This document shows, one piece after another, positions 36,601-48,331 of a stretch of 64,000 nucleotides of DNA (the first letter of the stretch is position 1; every line of letters begins with the position of its first letter). The translations under genes were made by a program, and so were the position numbers. Origin of the DNA: Amoebophrya sp. A120 (Eukaryota > Protista > Dinoflagellata); the NCBI GenBank assembly GCA_905178155.1, contig CAJINV010000004.1, forward strand, positions 6,550,828-6,614,827, in the 5' to 3' direction. Under the pieces are notes generated by a model. That model saw nothing but the letters and a program-made list of their open reading frames with translations, was not told where the DNA came from and did not search any database.

Positions 36601-38038
36601 TTTCTTTAGCAATACTTCCTACATGCCTGAGGAACATGAATTTATTTCTGGCGCATATAATTCCTCGTCTTCCACCTACAACGACTACTACGATGACAAC
36701 GACGCGGTGCGGACCTGCGTCGGGCCCAGCAACGCCATCCCCTCGCCGCAAGTGCTGTCGAAAACGGCCCGGTATTTTTCGGAACTGCGTTCGGAGGTGT
36801 TGTTCGTGATCCGGATGTTGTTACTGAAGATGAGTCCGCGGTACCTGACCCCCTGTTGGCCCATGATTCTCGCGGAACTGATCGGTGTGTTCTCGTCGTT
36901 GAGCACAAATTGTCTCGCGGTCGTGCCCCCGCAAATTGTTGCAAATAGCAGAAGCGGCCGAGAGGGAGATGGAATTGCAAACCAAGAAAACCAGCCGAAA
37001 ACTTCTTACCCGAAATACTACCTGGACATCGACCAGAAACAGGTTTTGGCGGCGTTAAAATTGGTGGACATGGTATCAAATGTAAAAATGTCTGGGTCTG
37101 GAAGAATGCGCGATTTGTCATGCTGCTTTTCCATGACCCACGAGGTCTGGAATGCCGGAGCTAGCATGACAGATTCTGCGAGACCTTTCTAATGCCTATC
37201 CTGCATGAGAAACTACCTCCCGACTTGGTCAAAACTGGACGACTTTTGGTAATCATGCAACACAGATTTTTGCATGCTGCATATTTCGCATGACAAGTTA
37301 CAATCTTCCAGACCCAGACATTTTTACATTTGATACATGGCGGGACTGCTGGATTTAGAGGAGTACACACTGCATAGCTGGATGTTCCAACCAATAGGCT
37401 GTAAAACTTCGTCAAATCTTCGAGCAGACGGCGGTGGAGGGTCCTCTTCGGGTTTGAATAGCAGCACGGCAGCCGAGATAAACTACAGCCACAAGGATCT
37501 CGCTGCTGACCTTCACGGAAATAACAAATTGAAAAAGTTCCGGCCCTTTTCCGTCACTTTAAAACGCCTCTTGGACAAGGCCGCAAATCCGGATTTTGGG
37601 GAACAAGAACTCTCCAGCACCGCCAGCACAGTTTCTAAATCCACCTCCATCTACGCGCAGTCAGCGGCGAGCTCGAAAGTTTCTTCGGGAGTGGCAGGAC
37701 GAGGAGAACTACAAGATAATTCATCTTCTACTTCGAGCGAAAATAGTAATCAGTTTTCGCAGGGACAGGGAGTGATAAATGCCAAGGGGCAGAATGTGTG
37801 CATCGATAAAGACACGAGGTTGTCGGATGCGTGCCGGGTCTTGAACGACGCCAGTATCCACACCATTCTCGCCCGCCAGCGAATCACGCACGAAACGCGA
37901 ATGCGGCTCGCGGCCCGAGATTTTCTGCCGGCGAACGCTCCGGAAACGCCCGATTTTGAAGCGCGAGAGTATTTGAGCAAGATGGAAATGTTCTATGTGG
38001 CGCTGGGGTCGACAACGATGTCTGCGGGGTTTGGTTAG
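24669..38038 (+). CDS. DOP1: Dopey/DOP1-family protein with large low-complexity insertions (multi-exon)
   Basis: Dopey N-terminal motifs KEWADLSNVL, RRLAQCLNPQLPSGVHLSTLKIY and DLGLYSSGLFP. C-terminal motifs LRRLCFVLYAG..QF, RMLLLKMSPRYLTPCWPMILAEL and LAALKLVD. Frame is restored across 8 introners. Confidence 0.88.
24796..25060. mobile_element. TIR introner, family A
   Basis: Family-A TIRs; DR acagg; internal sequence close to 53613-53859. Confidence 0.88.
31073..31283. mobile_element. TIR introner, family D-related
   Basis: tatcacgagaaaaaagtgttac / gtaacacttttttcttgcgata; DR ggaca/ggacg. Confidence 0.85.
31329..31468. mobile_element. TIR introner, family B
   Basis: Near-perfect ~36-bp TIR containing tgcaaaagtatcgtactcgtataaatgca; DR agatc. 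Confidence 0.9.
32302..32567. mobile_element. TIR introner, family A
   Basis: Family-A TIRs; DR attcg; close to 10852-11114. Confidence 0.88.
32634..32787. mobile_element. TIR introner, family B
   Basis: Family-B TIRs; DR ttctg. Confidence 0.88.
35301..35556. mobile_element. TIR introner, family A
   Basis: Family-A TIRs; DR gagcg. Confidence 0.88.
36204..36495. mobile_element. TIR introner, family A, carrying a 23-bp LINE 3'-end insertion
   Basis: Family-A TIRs; DR acggg/acgag; 292 bp versus ~262 bp for sister copies. Confidence 0.88.
36387..36409 (+). mobile_element. Extremely 5'-truncated copy of the LINE 3' terminus with a 6-bp TSD
   Basis: ggtcat[tttagtggttgaggggtaaataa]ggtcat; 36389-36408 is identical to 8722-8741. 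Confidence 0.85.
37074..37335. mobile_element. TIR introner, family A
   Basis: Family-A TIRs; DR catgg; same length as and colinear with 54474-54735. Confidence 0.9.
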
Positions 38039-38896
38039 AAGAGAGAGTGGTGGCCGGGGAGGTGTGTTACAGGATATTGTAGATTTTTTGGTTGGTTGTA
38101 TAGGTAATCTGCCCGCTTTTGGATTCTTACATATAATGACGAACGTTGCAGTTGTTGTCCGCAACAAAGCCATCTATGCCGAATTCTTGATGCCGAGTTT
38201 TTGGAAGAATCATGTCAATAAGATTCATTTTCATCATAAAAATGTATACGAACAAGAAAAATTACAGCTAAACTGCCGGGCGCAGATGTTGGTGATGCGA
38301 AAAAATGTTTGAAAGCTATCTTCCAGAGAACAAAGACATGCTGAAACCGTTCGAAGAATGGGTTGTTGTGAGGTTGAAACTATTCTTAGCAAAGAGACAT
38401 GAGCTTCATGTCCAATTCCTCTTTGCAGATTAAGTACTGAGTAGACCATCAAATAACATGCATTGTTTTCGGCAAAGTGATCAATGCAGACAAATCGCGG
38501 AGCTATGTGTAGGCAACAGTGTTCTTCACTGTCCCCTTCAATGCACATGCAGAATGTAGATTCGCAAATCGTTTCGAGAGAGAAAGGAGACAGATTGCGG
38601 CTTCGACTCGTAGTTTTATCGTGGTCTTTTTCTTGTCTTTTCTAGCAGTCTTGTACACTACCAAGGTCAAACAGTAGCAGAATTTTTTGATTGCTAGGTG
38701 TGTTTCTGTACAGATAGAAACTTCTTGAGAGTAGAATTTTTTGATTGCTAGTCTGTACAGATACATAGAACTTCTTGAGCAACCATGCTCACGGGTGCTC
38801 CTCGATCCTTTTTTTAGAGCACCTGGCTTTGTACCTGTTTAATTCTTTGAGATAAGGAAGAGGCGTACTAGGCACGATCAAACTTTTCAGAAGAGA

Positions 38897-40467
38897 ATGA
38901 AGTTTCAGCCCGAGGACATTGTCCATGTGGACAGCAAGGAGGCCGCAAAAGCTGTCAGCTGTTCCGTTTGTCTCTGTCTTTGGGTCGACCCAGTGCAGAC
39001 GATGTGCCAGCACATCTTTTGCCGGTCTTGCATCGGTATAGTTTTTTCATCTGTTGTGTCGTATGATTTGCTGTGCCTGGTCGGAGCCCTTATTGTTCGG
39101 ATTCGGAATGCATGAAAAAAAGACGTAAAAACCTATTCTACTGCAGATCCACTGCTTGCGTGCCCGCATTGCCGCAGAGACTTCTCAGGACTAGAGCCAA
39201 GCAAGAGATATACGCCACTGCGGGATATCAACCTGTTTGCCTTGAACCAAATGAATGACCTGAAGGTAAGTACGCAATATCTTCGTAGTTGTTTGCACCT
39301 TTGCTTTCATGAGTCGTCGTCGTTTTTTGGCACACTTTCCTGATGCGAGTAGGTCCAGGTCCACCGGAAGTTTCCCACAACTCAAAAATTTAAAATCAGG
39401 TTCACTGCCCCAACGCTACGCCAATGCAACAAGGAGGAAGTAGCTCCAGTTCCGGCCCGGGGACGGGGTCCAGTAGTGCAACAGAAGATGATCAGACAGG
39501 AGCGGGTGCCACTGGCGGCGAACCAGCAACGAAGCGCGTCAAGCGCGAACAGGACCATGAGACGGAGTGCGCTGTAGCAGATGCTAGCTCCTGCACGTGG
39601 ACCGGAACGTACGGCGACTTGCTTGCGAAGCACATGGCTGAGTGTCCGTGCCAACTGATATCCTGCCCGCGGGGGTGCGGCATGGAGTTCCCACGTGGAG
39701 AGTTGACCGCGCACGAGAAGACCTGCGCGAAGAATCTGACGAAGTGCGAAATTTGTGGCGAGATGATTAAGGAGGAGGCGCTGGAACAGCACAACGAGCA
39801 GAAGGCGCGACTTCACGTCTACATACTGCAGAAGAAGCTGGCGGAAGCCAGCCCGCTGCTGGATTTGGTGAATGGAATGGACAAGCGCCTACAGAGGCTG
39901 GAGGAGGAAACAGCGAAGAGCAGTCAAATCGCGTCGCTGCGCGGGCACGTAAGCAGCCAGATCGCGTCGCTGCAAGGGCACGTAGCGACCAGTTGCAAGA
40001 AAGCTGCGGACGACGCACGACAAGCGGTAGCGAATCTCCCAAAATCTTCAGCAAATACGAGCTCGTTTTTTTGGACAGTGGATGTGCAGAAAGCCTACGC
40101 CGACAACCCCAATCGAAGTCGGAAAATTACGCGCACTCTTCAAGGGCCAAACGGCTCCTGGGAGTTAGTGTTTCTTCCGCAAGGCTATCAAAGGGATGGG
40201 TGGGCATCTGTCGGATTGATAGCGCCGCCGGGCAGGCCGGTCGTTGTTGGCACAATTGTTCTCCGCAGCGGGGATACTACCTCTCTGCATATCGTCACAC
40301 AAGGACAAGAGTTGGCTCGGCACACGTTTGACCAGGTGGTGATCGATTCCGACGTTGGAACGGGAATGCCGGACTTTGCGGAGATAGCGAAAATAAAAAA
40401 GCACAAAAAAGTTATTTTTTATGTAGATTTTGTGTCGGTGCAGACCCGCCTTCCAGACTACGGCTAG
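38897..40467 (+). CDS. TRAF-like protein: RING finger, TRAF-type zinc fingers, coiled coil, MATH-like domain
   Basis: RING CSVC...CQHIFCRSC...CPHC; CTWTG...HMAECP...CPRGC...HEKTC; C-terminal FFWTV..WELVFLPQG..WASVGL. Two GT-AG introns. Confidence 0.82.
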
Positions 40468-41119
40468 CGCCTTTGTTTCGCCACCCACGACTACTTTGCT
40501 GGACTTTTCGAGCTGTATTTATTGATCCGGTACTTTCTCGATCAGCTCGTTACAAATGATACCCTTTTCGAGAGCTACGTGTGCACGTGCTTGCTTTACT
40601 TTCGAATACTGCTCCGATGGATCCGAGGCACGATCGGCCCCAACAGGACAGGAAAAATGTTAAATTCGTCACCAACGCAACGCAGGTGAATGTGATTAGG
40701 CCAGGAGAAGGGCCTTCATCAATCCGTTGAAAGATAACTTATTCCAGACACGTGAATCAAAATTCCGAATCCAGTTGGTGGATACTTACACGGGTCCAGT
40801 GAAATGAACCACGATGAAGATACGCAGAAGCAGAACTTCCTCCCTCTTCATTTTTGTTCGTTAGCTTTTTCGTGCGATCGATCCAGTGCCCTTCTAGCTC
40901 TAGTGATTTTTGATAATACGCGAGTGCGAATCTAAACCTGATTCGAAAGCTACGCTGCTGGTGTTTGAAAAACATCCAACTACGAACACTTTTTGTGAAT
41001 TTATGCAGCATTTTTACATTGTGCTCCAAGAAGGTGAAGGAGAAGAGTTGTTTCGTAATTTGTGGTAATAGATACTTCGTAACAGCAGGCTTTCGCTTTC
41101 CTGACGGTGACGACACAAA

Positions 41120-44100
41120 ATGGCGCGTTTTCTAGGTACGGGAACCTTCCTGTCTGATAGTGAAGCCGGCTTCATCCAGCTTCCCCGAGATACCAGACTG
41201 CGATCAACGGACGAGAACGGGAAGAATGAAACTTTTCTCACTGTGCTTTCTTCACTTATTGCGGTAGACCGCTGTAGCAACGAGCCCATACCACATTACG
41301 AATTGCGCCACGAGGCGTCCGGGGCTGTGTGGAAGGTGCCCATCGAAGACGCTCATCAGGATTACGAGCTAGCCTTGGGTGACCGCAAGTACGAGAAAGT
41401 GATAAAGCGTTTCCCGCCGACGGCAGCGAACCGAGGTAAGGTTCGCAACAAGATGATTCGCATGATGCAGTGCCTACCCGACCACTTTATCCAGCCCAGA
41501 TGGTGCGAAGGGCTCAGCCCGGAACAAATCCAAATGACGAAGCAGAAGATTGGCGACGCGGCCACTCCAGGTTTTGCTTCGCATGTGCAGGTTGCGACTA
41601 GGGGCACGGGGTCGACGACAGAATCGGTCCCGCGGCGCAATGATGCCGCGGCGTCAAGCAGCTTGAGACGAAGCGGTACTACTGCAGAGTCCGACGGGCA
41701 AAAACAAAACCGCCAGGATAGGCCGCCGGAGAAGTTTGACGGCGGCGGAATCTTCCGGGGAATGTTCACCAGCGGGGGGATAAAGAAATCTCTTAGCAGC
41801 AACGGAGACGCGGCAAAGCAAAACAACCGCGCCACTCCTGCGGAAAAGCACAGCGTGCTCCCTCAGGAGGAGCACCCAGTTTTCCAAGACTGGCAGACGG
41901 CCGCACGTTACCTCGTGGAGCAGCGGCCAGAGATAACTCCGAAAGAAATCAAGAAGGAATTGGAGCGTGGGCCGCTACTGGAGGACAGAGAAGCGTTCGT
42001 CAAAGCTGAGGTGACGGCAAAAGCCATCAAGTTCCACCTCGCCCGCGACAGAAAGAAGACGAACTTGACCCTCGACGCACCATCCGCCGCCGGGAACAAG
42101 GGCGCAGGTGCAGCGAGAACGAAGCGCAACGCCTCGCCGGTCATCGTAGGCAGTGCGACGCGGAAGGACAAGAAGACTCATCCGAGCGGCAATCGGTCCG
42201 GAAACTTCACTGCGTGTGGTCCGCCACCGAAGCTTGCACCGACGTTGGTGGAAGACACGACTTCGGGAAGCGGAGGGAAAAGCAAGTCTGCTGTGGCGGG
42301 TCCTGCAGCAGAAGATGCCGAAGCGCCAGCGGACGATCTCCCGGCCGGCAGTCTCGAGGGCATTCTGAAGTCTGTTGCGTACGAGGAGGCCGAACGTTAC
42401 ATGTTGGTACCGACGGAAGACGACATCAAGGACGTGCTGTACGCAGGAATTGTGCTCGACGACTTCGAATTCCTGTCGGAAGCGGTGGAGCAGTGGGCCA
42501 TAATGGCGTGCACCGGTTTTGCGCAGAAGAGCGGCAGCCTCCGCGACAGCATTCCAGAAGCGATCGAGCGCGCCCTGGAATTTGAGAACCACAGAGCCCT
42601 GGAAGTTCTTTTGAACTCTGACGATATCCTCGATAAGCCGCTTCCACCGAGGAGCCAGATACTTCGCGGACGCAGCACCGCCTTTCCCCAGTCCACCATG
42701 GCGAGGAGACGCGAAATTATGGCGGCCAAGAAATGGCCCTCGGGGACGGAGTCGTACTTTCGCGGCCTTGTGCATTTGTTCCAGGGGTTGTACGTGTTCG
42801 AGCGCATCATGTGGGACAGGGACGAGAAATTTCGGGCGGAGATGAATCCCAACGCCGACGAGGAGCAGAAGCAACATATCACAAAGGCTTTCACATTTTT
42901 CATGGACTGCGTTGAGAAGGGGCGCATGGCCGAGAGCGCTCTGCCGCGCCTGCTATCCACGCTCAGAGCCATGCGGATCTCTGACAAGGTGGAGAAGAAT
43001 CTGCGGGTACTGCAGAAAAAATGCGAGAAGCTGCTTGGGATCAATGTGAACTACCCTCTGAACAACTGTTCATCACATCAGGAAGAGAAGTTAGATTCTA
43101 ATGGGATAAATCACATCGGCCAGGCTGACGGAGGTGCATCCGCAGAGGACGTCGTGATTCGGAAGCAACGCGAGAAAAATGCCCGCGAAGTTTACGCGAC
43201 GATTCTACTTGAGATTGGGGTGATGAAAAGGAAGAGCCACTGCTTCGTAGCAGCCGCGGAAATGATGCGACGTGCGGAGGACGTGGTGAAAGAGCTGCGT
43301 GGAGAAAAGGAACAAAACGCCAAAAAGCAGAGCTCCTTGAAGAACGACGACTACCTGTACCTGGGCCTCCGCGTCGATTTTGAGCTCGCGCACGTCGAAG
43401 TCGAGCTGCGGAAGTTTGCTGATGCCGAAAAACGACTGAAAAAGCTGGAGGGCGTCACCAGCGCGGACCAGGTGCTTTGCGTGCGGGGCACATCCTCGGA
43501 CGTGCCCATCGCGTATCGAGAGGAGCTGCAGGTCGACGGCGCCGTTGGACGGGCGCTAACCATGCTGCGGGTGCGGATTCTGATGGAACAGGGTAGAACG
43601 GCAGCGGCGCGCGAGATGGTGCAGAAGCTGAAGCACATAGAGCACCGGATGTCCTACATAACGATCCCTGCGGATAACAATTTTCCGGAGGACGGGCTGG
43701 CCTTGATCGACACCTTCGTCCGCATGAACGACGAGCGCACGAAATTGTCCTCCTTGCGGGGCGTTTCTGCCTCCCTGCTGCAAAAGAAGCAAGGCACACG
43801 ATTTTTCGAGTGCGTGCGACAGCAGATTTTGGGAATCGACGCGCGCCGTCGCGGGGACGCAGTCGCGGCGACGAAACTTTTCGAAGGCCTGCTTCTCTTG
43901 AACGGCTGGAACCACGTTTACGTCTGGAACGTGCTGAAAGCGTTGCTCGCGCAGGAGAGTCAGGGCGTGGAGGCGGCCACGAGGAAATTGCGAGATTTCC
44001 GAGCCACTTTTCCGTATGAGATGCGGATGCATGAGTGTGTGCCGCTCCTGCTGCTTGAGTCGGAGCTAACGGTGTGCAGCACGAGTGCTGACCGCGTACT

Positions 44101-45202
44101 GGAGCGTCTGCAGGTTTGGCTGGCTCACGGGAGGGGAGAAGTAACTGCAACACCAACTGCGACTGCAGAGCAAACCGCAGAAGCAACAACCGACGCCTCT
44201 GGCATGCGTGAGCTGGCGCTCCTGCAGGTGGTAAAGCAGAGCAAGGACGTTTTGCAGCAAGGGCGTTACCAAGCCGCGCGGGACATCCTGGAATCCCTCG
44301 CTGAGTGCCTGGATCTTCCCGAAGGCGCGTTGCTGCTCGCCTTTTTGGAACGATTCTGCCACCTGGAGGAGGCGGAGGCTAGCGCAAATCTTGGTATCCC
44401 AGATACAACACCAGCGGAGCGCGACGAGGAGGAGTATTTTTCGCCTGATGAAGAAAGTACTCTTTCAGACGAGGAGCGACACGAAGGTGAAGGTAGCGAA
44501 AAACCACGTAGTCCGGGGGCTGGTCCAGTCTCGGGGGCAGCAGCGCAGCTTCTGCTTTTGGATTTGTACGGCACAGACGACCACAAGGACGCGGAGCTCG
44601 CGGACGAGTGGTTCACGCAGGCGACGAGGGAGCAGATCGAGGAGTATTTCATGCCCAAGTACAAGCAGCACCTGCTCGCCACCATCACTGAGTTGCAACC
44701 AACACTCGACCTACACGGACGCGCGATTCCAGCGGCCAGTACCACCGAGAGCACCTCCTGGCGCGTGCCGCAGGCTACACCTAGCAGGTCTTGGTTCGGG
44801 CGGGCGGCGGAGGAAACGAAATACGTTTGGAAGAATACGTCTGCTGATGAGAAAGATCATTCTGGTGTGAAAGAGGTTGTGCGGCTGGCGAACCAGACGC
44901 GGTATTTTGCGGCCTTCGTCACAAAGATCGAGGATCTGGAGAATCTACCTGCGTACAAGCGCGCAATCCAGGAGAAAGGATTTGTGTCGTCGCAACACAA
45001 AGCGAATGGGGTGAAATACGATGCGCCCTTGGTGAAGGTGAAACTGCACACCGATTCGCGCCTCTACGCCACGACAATTTTCGAAAATCCAGCTCGCAAG
45101 AAGCTCATCCTCTTCGAGGGGGAGGCAAACCACGCGGGCATACAGAGGAAAAAGCAGGAGCAGCGGCGAAAGCACATTCAACTTCAGAAGGTGCAACAGT
45201 AA
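41120..45202 (+). CDS. Intronless 1360-aa hypothetical protein with helical-repeat-like middle and small basic C-terminal domain
   Basis: Long uninterrupted ORF with GC-rich coding-like codon usage; no family recognised with certainty. Confidence 0.8.
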   Translation: MARFLGTGTFLSDSEAGFIQLPRDTRLRSTDENGKNETFLTVLSSLIAVDRCSNEPIPHYELRHEASGAVWKVPIEDAHQDYELALGDRKYEKVIKRFPPTAANRGKVRNKMIRMMQCLPDHFIQPRWCEGLSPEQIQMTKQKIGDAATPGFASHVQVATRGTGSTTESVPRRNDAAASSSLRRSGTTAESDGQKQNRQDRPPEKFDGGGIFRGMFTSGGIKKSLSSNGDAAKQNNRATPAEKHSVLPQEEHPVFQDWQTAARYLVEQRPEITPKEIKKELERGPLLEDREAFVKAEVTAKAIKFHLARDRKKTNLTLDAPSAAGNKGAGAARTKRNASPVIVGSATRKDKKTHPSGNRSGNFTACGPPPKLAPTLVEDTTSGSGGKSKSAVAGPAAEDAEAPADDLPAGSLEGILKSVAYEEAERYMLVPTEDDIKDVLYAGIVLDDFEFLSEAVEQWAIMACTGFAQKSGSLRDSIPEAIERALEFENHRALEVLLNSDDILDKPLPPRSQILRGRSTAFPQSTMARRREIMAAKKWPSGTESYFRGLVHLFQGLYVFERIMWDRDEKFRAEMNPNADEEQKQHITKAFTFFMDCVEKGRMAESALPRLLSTLRAMRISDKVEKNLRVLQKKCEKLLGINVNYPLNNCSSHQEEKLDSNGINHIGQADGGASAEDVVIRKQREKNAREVYATILLEIGVMKRKSHCFVAAAEMMRRAEDVVKELRGEKEQNAKKQSSLKNDDYLYLGLRVDFELAHVEVELRKFADAEKRLKKLEGVTSADQVLCVRGTSSDVPIAYREELQVDGAVGRALTMLRVRILMEQGRTAAAREMVQKLKHIEHRMSYITIPADNNFPEDGLALIDTFVRMNDERTKLSSLRGVSASLLQKKQGTRFFECVRQQILGIDARRRGDAVAATKLFEGLLLLNGWNHVYVWNVLKALLAQESQGVEAATRKLRDFRATFPYEMRMHECVPLLLLESELTVCSTSADRVLERLQVWLAHGRGEVTATPTATAEQTAEATTDASGMRELALLQVVKQSKDVLQQGRYQAARDILESLAECLDLPEGALLLAFLERFCHLEEAEASANLGIPDTTPAERDEEEYFSPDEESTLSDEERHEGEGSEKPRSPGAGPVSGAAAQLLLLDLYGTDDHKDAELADEWFTQATREQIEEYFMPKYKQHLLATITELQPTLDLHGRAIPAASTTESTSWRVPQATPSRSWFGRAAEETKYVWKNTSADEKDHSGVKEVVRLANQTRYFAAFVTKIEDLENLPAYKRAIQEKGFVSSQHKANGVKYDAPLVKVKLHTDSRLYATTIFENPARKKLILFEGEANHAGIQRKKQEQRRKHIQLQKVQQ

Positions 45203-45783
45203 GCTTTGGAAACGAAACCTGAGGCTTGCTAATGTGTTTTTATATCCACTACCCACGAGGACGACGACACCAAACTACAGACGACAGCACATCACAACTG
45301 AAAGCCCCATTCTAACTCCGATCTAGCGAATTTGTCTTCCTTGTTGATCCGGTTTCATCCTAAAGAACCAACGGTAAAATCACTGGCGTTGTTCGCTTGA
45401 TTTTGATCACGATATGTGTTTGTGTGCGTCCTCGAAGGACCGAGGTTCGACGTTCTTGGCGAAGGCAGTTTTATTTTTGGTTTCTTATTATTTTCCGCTG
45501 AGCAATGGTCTTTTGTGATTGTATCCACCAACATGCTCGACTACGACTTCAAGCGTGTCGAGGGACAGCGAAAGTTGGTATTCTTCTCGTATACAAGAGT
45601 TTCCGATTAAGTAAAGATGTGTATACAAGAGTTTCCGATCTTCTGGTTTATATATTCGATTGTTGATATCAGGTCAGGTTTGGTATTGCTTTAGGGTTTA
45701 CATTTTCCAACTGCAAGAGTTTTGCGCTTTGGCGAAAGTTGTACTAGTACATTGCCGATTATCTCTGGGAAAGAATTGAAAGC

Positions 45784-47646
45784 ATGGCTCGCTTCTACGT
45801 CGAGGATATTTTGCTATCGAAGAAAGACGCGGAAAACGTGACCTGCCCCGTCTGTCTGCACGTCTGGCTTGACCCGGTGGAGACCACATGCAGTTGCCGA
45901 CGGATCTTCTGTCGCTCGTGCATTGGTATGGTTTTTCGGATTCTCATCATAATTCTCGTCAGGTGTCAGCATTTACATAGTGGGCATGATCATTTTATTG
46001 GCCATCGTGACTTGTCACTCAAATGATCTTCGTTTTGCATGTTGATTTTTGTTACCGGCAAACCCAGATTCATCAACAAGCAACTGCACAGATCCGCTGC
46101 TTAAGTGCCCCGTATGTAGGGATGACTTCAGTGCACAACGACAACTCGAGAAATACAAGTCATGCGGCCGATTTGCCCTGAGCGCAAGAGACGATCTGAA
46201 GGTAGAGATATGTTGCAGTGTTTTTGTGCAAAGTCTTAGGACAACTTACTTGGCATTTTCATCGTTGTTACCTCCAACCTCAACACTACATCATCAACAC
46301 ACAACAACATGCATCAGGTTCGTTGTCCCAACGCGATGCCTGCAACGAGTACTAGCAGTGCGACGGAAGAGGTTCGGACTACTGGAGCCATCGGAGTAGA
46401 GCCGGCCCTAAAGCGCATCAAGTGTGGCTGCGACGAAGCGAAGATCAACCCAGTGCGTACCCCCGGGTGCACTTGGACCGGTACCTACGGCGACTTCCTC
46501 TCGAAGCACATAGGCGAATGTCGGCACGAGGTCATTTCTTGCCCTCGCGGTTGTGGTGTGAAGTTCCAGCGCGGGCAGCTAACTGCTCACGAGGCGGTCT
46601 GCAAGAAGAACTTTGCGGAGTGTGCCATCTGCTGTGAACTTGTTAAGCCCGACCAAATGGAAGAGCATAACAATCTGTCAGCTGAGCTCCACGTCAGCAT
46701 TCTGCAGGAACAGTTAGCAGCAGCTGATCCCCTGCTGAACCTCTCGAAGAGGATGCAGTCCATGGAGACCAGCATCAGCGTTCTCGCTAACAACCAGGAT
46801 ATATTGGAGAAGAACATCCACGGCGCATTTACCGGGCTGGGAACGCGTGTAAACGAATGCTATGGGAGGATGCAGTCTTTGGAGACCGGGATTTCTGGTC
46901 TCCAAGCCGGAATGGTGAAGCTCGTTGACGACCAGAACACATTTTGCCAGAAGATCCAGGGCGAAACTGACGGACTGGGAACGCGTGTAAACGAATGCTG
47001 TGGGAGGATGCAGTCTTTGGAGACCGGGATTTCTGGTCTCCAAGCCGGAATGGTGAAGCTCGTTGACGACCAGAACACATTTTGCCAGAAGATCCAGTGC
47101 GAAGTTACCGGGCTGGGAGCGCGTGTAAACGAACGCTGCGAGTAGGCCGGCAGGAAAGAATCGCAAGAACAAACACGACTACTGGATGTCAATCCAGGGG
47201 TCCGCGGTTCCTGCGAATGGCCACTCTCGGTGGCAAAAGCGTACAAAACCTGTTCCGCCAAAGGGCAGTGCGTTTCCTCGCCGGGGTTTCAGGTTATTGG
47301 GGCTGACGGACCGTGGCACCTGATGTTCTACCCCCACGGAGTAAATGAAGAAGCTGAAACGAATAATAAAGCGAGTATTTTTGTGGCGAAAAAGCACAGT
47401 CCCGGCGACGGTCGTCGGTACAGGACTAGTGGGAGAATTGTCCTGCGTACTACATCTCAGGGGTACGGAGCTATACCGAACGATACCGTTCTCGCCGAAA
47501 CAACATGGAGCGACAAGGTTTGTATGCACGCTGGACCTCTCGGCGAGTGCAATTTCGTCGACACAACGGTCCTGCGCCTGTACGACGAAGTGACATTCGT
47601 GGTCGACATAGAATCGCTGCGGATCTGTCTGCCGAAGTACTACTGA
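45784..47646 (+). CDS. TRAF-like RING/zinc finger/coiled-coil/MATH paralog with an in-frame TAG at 47143-47145 (truncated gene or pseudogene)
   Basis: Paralogous to 38897-40467 with matching intron positions (CRSCI|DPLL.CP.C, DLK|V.CPNA, CTWTGTYGD). ORFs 46309-47145 and 47230-47646 are in the same frame, separated only by one TAG. Confidence 0.78.
46749..47140 (+). repeat. 138-bp (46-aa) coding tandem repeat, ~2.8 copies
   Basis: gcgtgtaaacgaa recurs at 46845, 46983 and 47121; unit GLGTRVNECxGRMQSLETGISGLQAGMVKLVDDQNTFCQKIQ. Confidence 0.92.
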
Positions 47647-48331
47647 AGTGGCCAAATATCACGCTTTATTCCAAAACGTGATAAGTATGAAGATTCCATC
47701 CACGACTGGGTAACATCTTTTCAACCCTTTACTGGTTAACATCATCATCGTCATCCACTTTCTATTTCCACAAGCAAAGAACCGCGAAGGAGCAAGAACG
47801 ACAGTTTCCGATTTGTATTTAGCACAAAAAGTTCCGGACGATTTTAATTTTTATCAGTATCGCCGTGAGCCACGTTCGTCTCGCTCTCAGTCTGAGTCGA
47901 GACGGATTTGATTGCCGTGATCTACTGCATCGCGTCCTTGGTGGTAAATGCGACTATTGTAGGTGTCTATGTTTTGTTTTTTGTCGGTTTCTTTTTTCTT
48001 GTTGTTTTTTCCTGCAAGAAATTGTACGTAATAGACTGGCTGCAGCAGTCGCTTGCTTTTTTTTGCGAGCGGTACCGGAGTGCATTTGTTTTTTTGTGTA
48101 CTTCGACCGTACACCGAGCGTGCTGCTTTTTTGTGCAGCAGGTTTTTTTTCCAGTATTTCGCTAACCGTTTCAAACGCGGTCGCACACAATCATACTTGA
48201 CAAACACACCATCACCACAGTTCCAATTTGTTTGTGCCGTGTCCGACAACTCATTCGTCGGGCTGTGCACAAAAAATATCTTCGTTCTAGTACTTCGGTA
48301 GATAGATAGCAGGTTCAAAAGTAACTTCACG

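Noticed and set aside
45590-45640. 19-bp direct repeat gtatacaagagtttccgat, and a similar local duplication at ~38680-38780
   Set aside because: Simple local duplications upstream of the TRAF paralogs with no further support.
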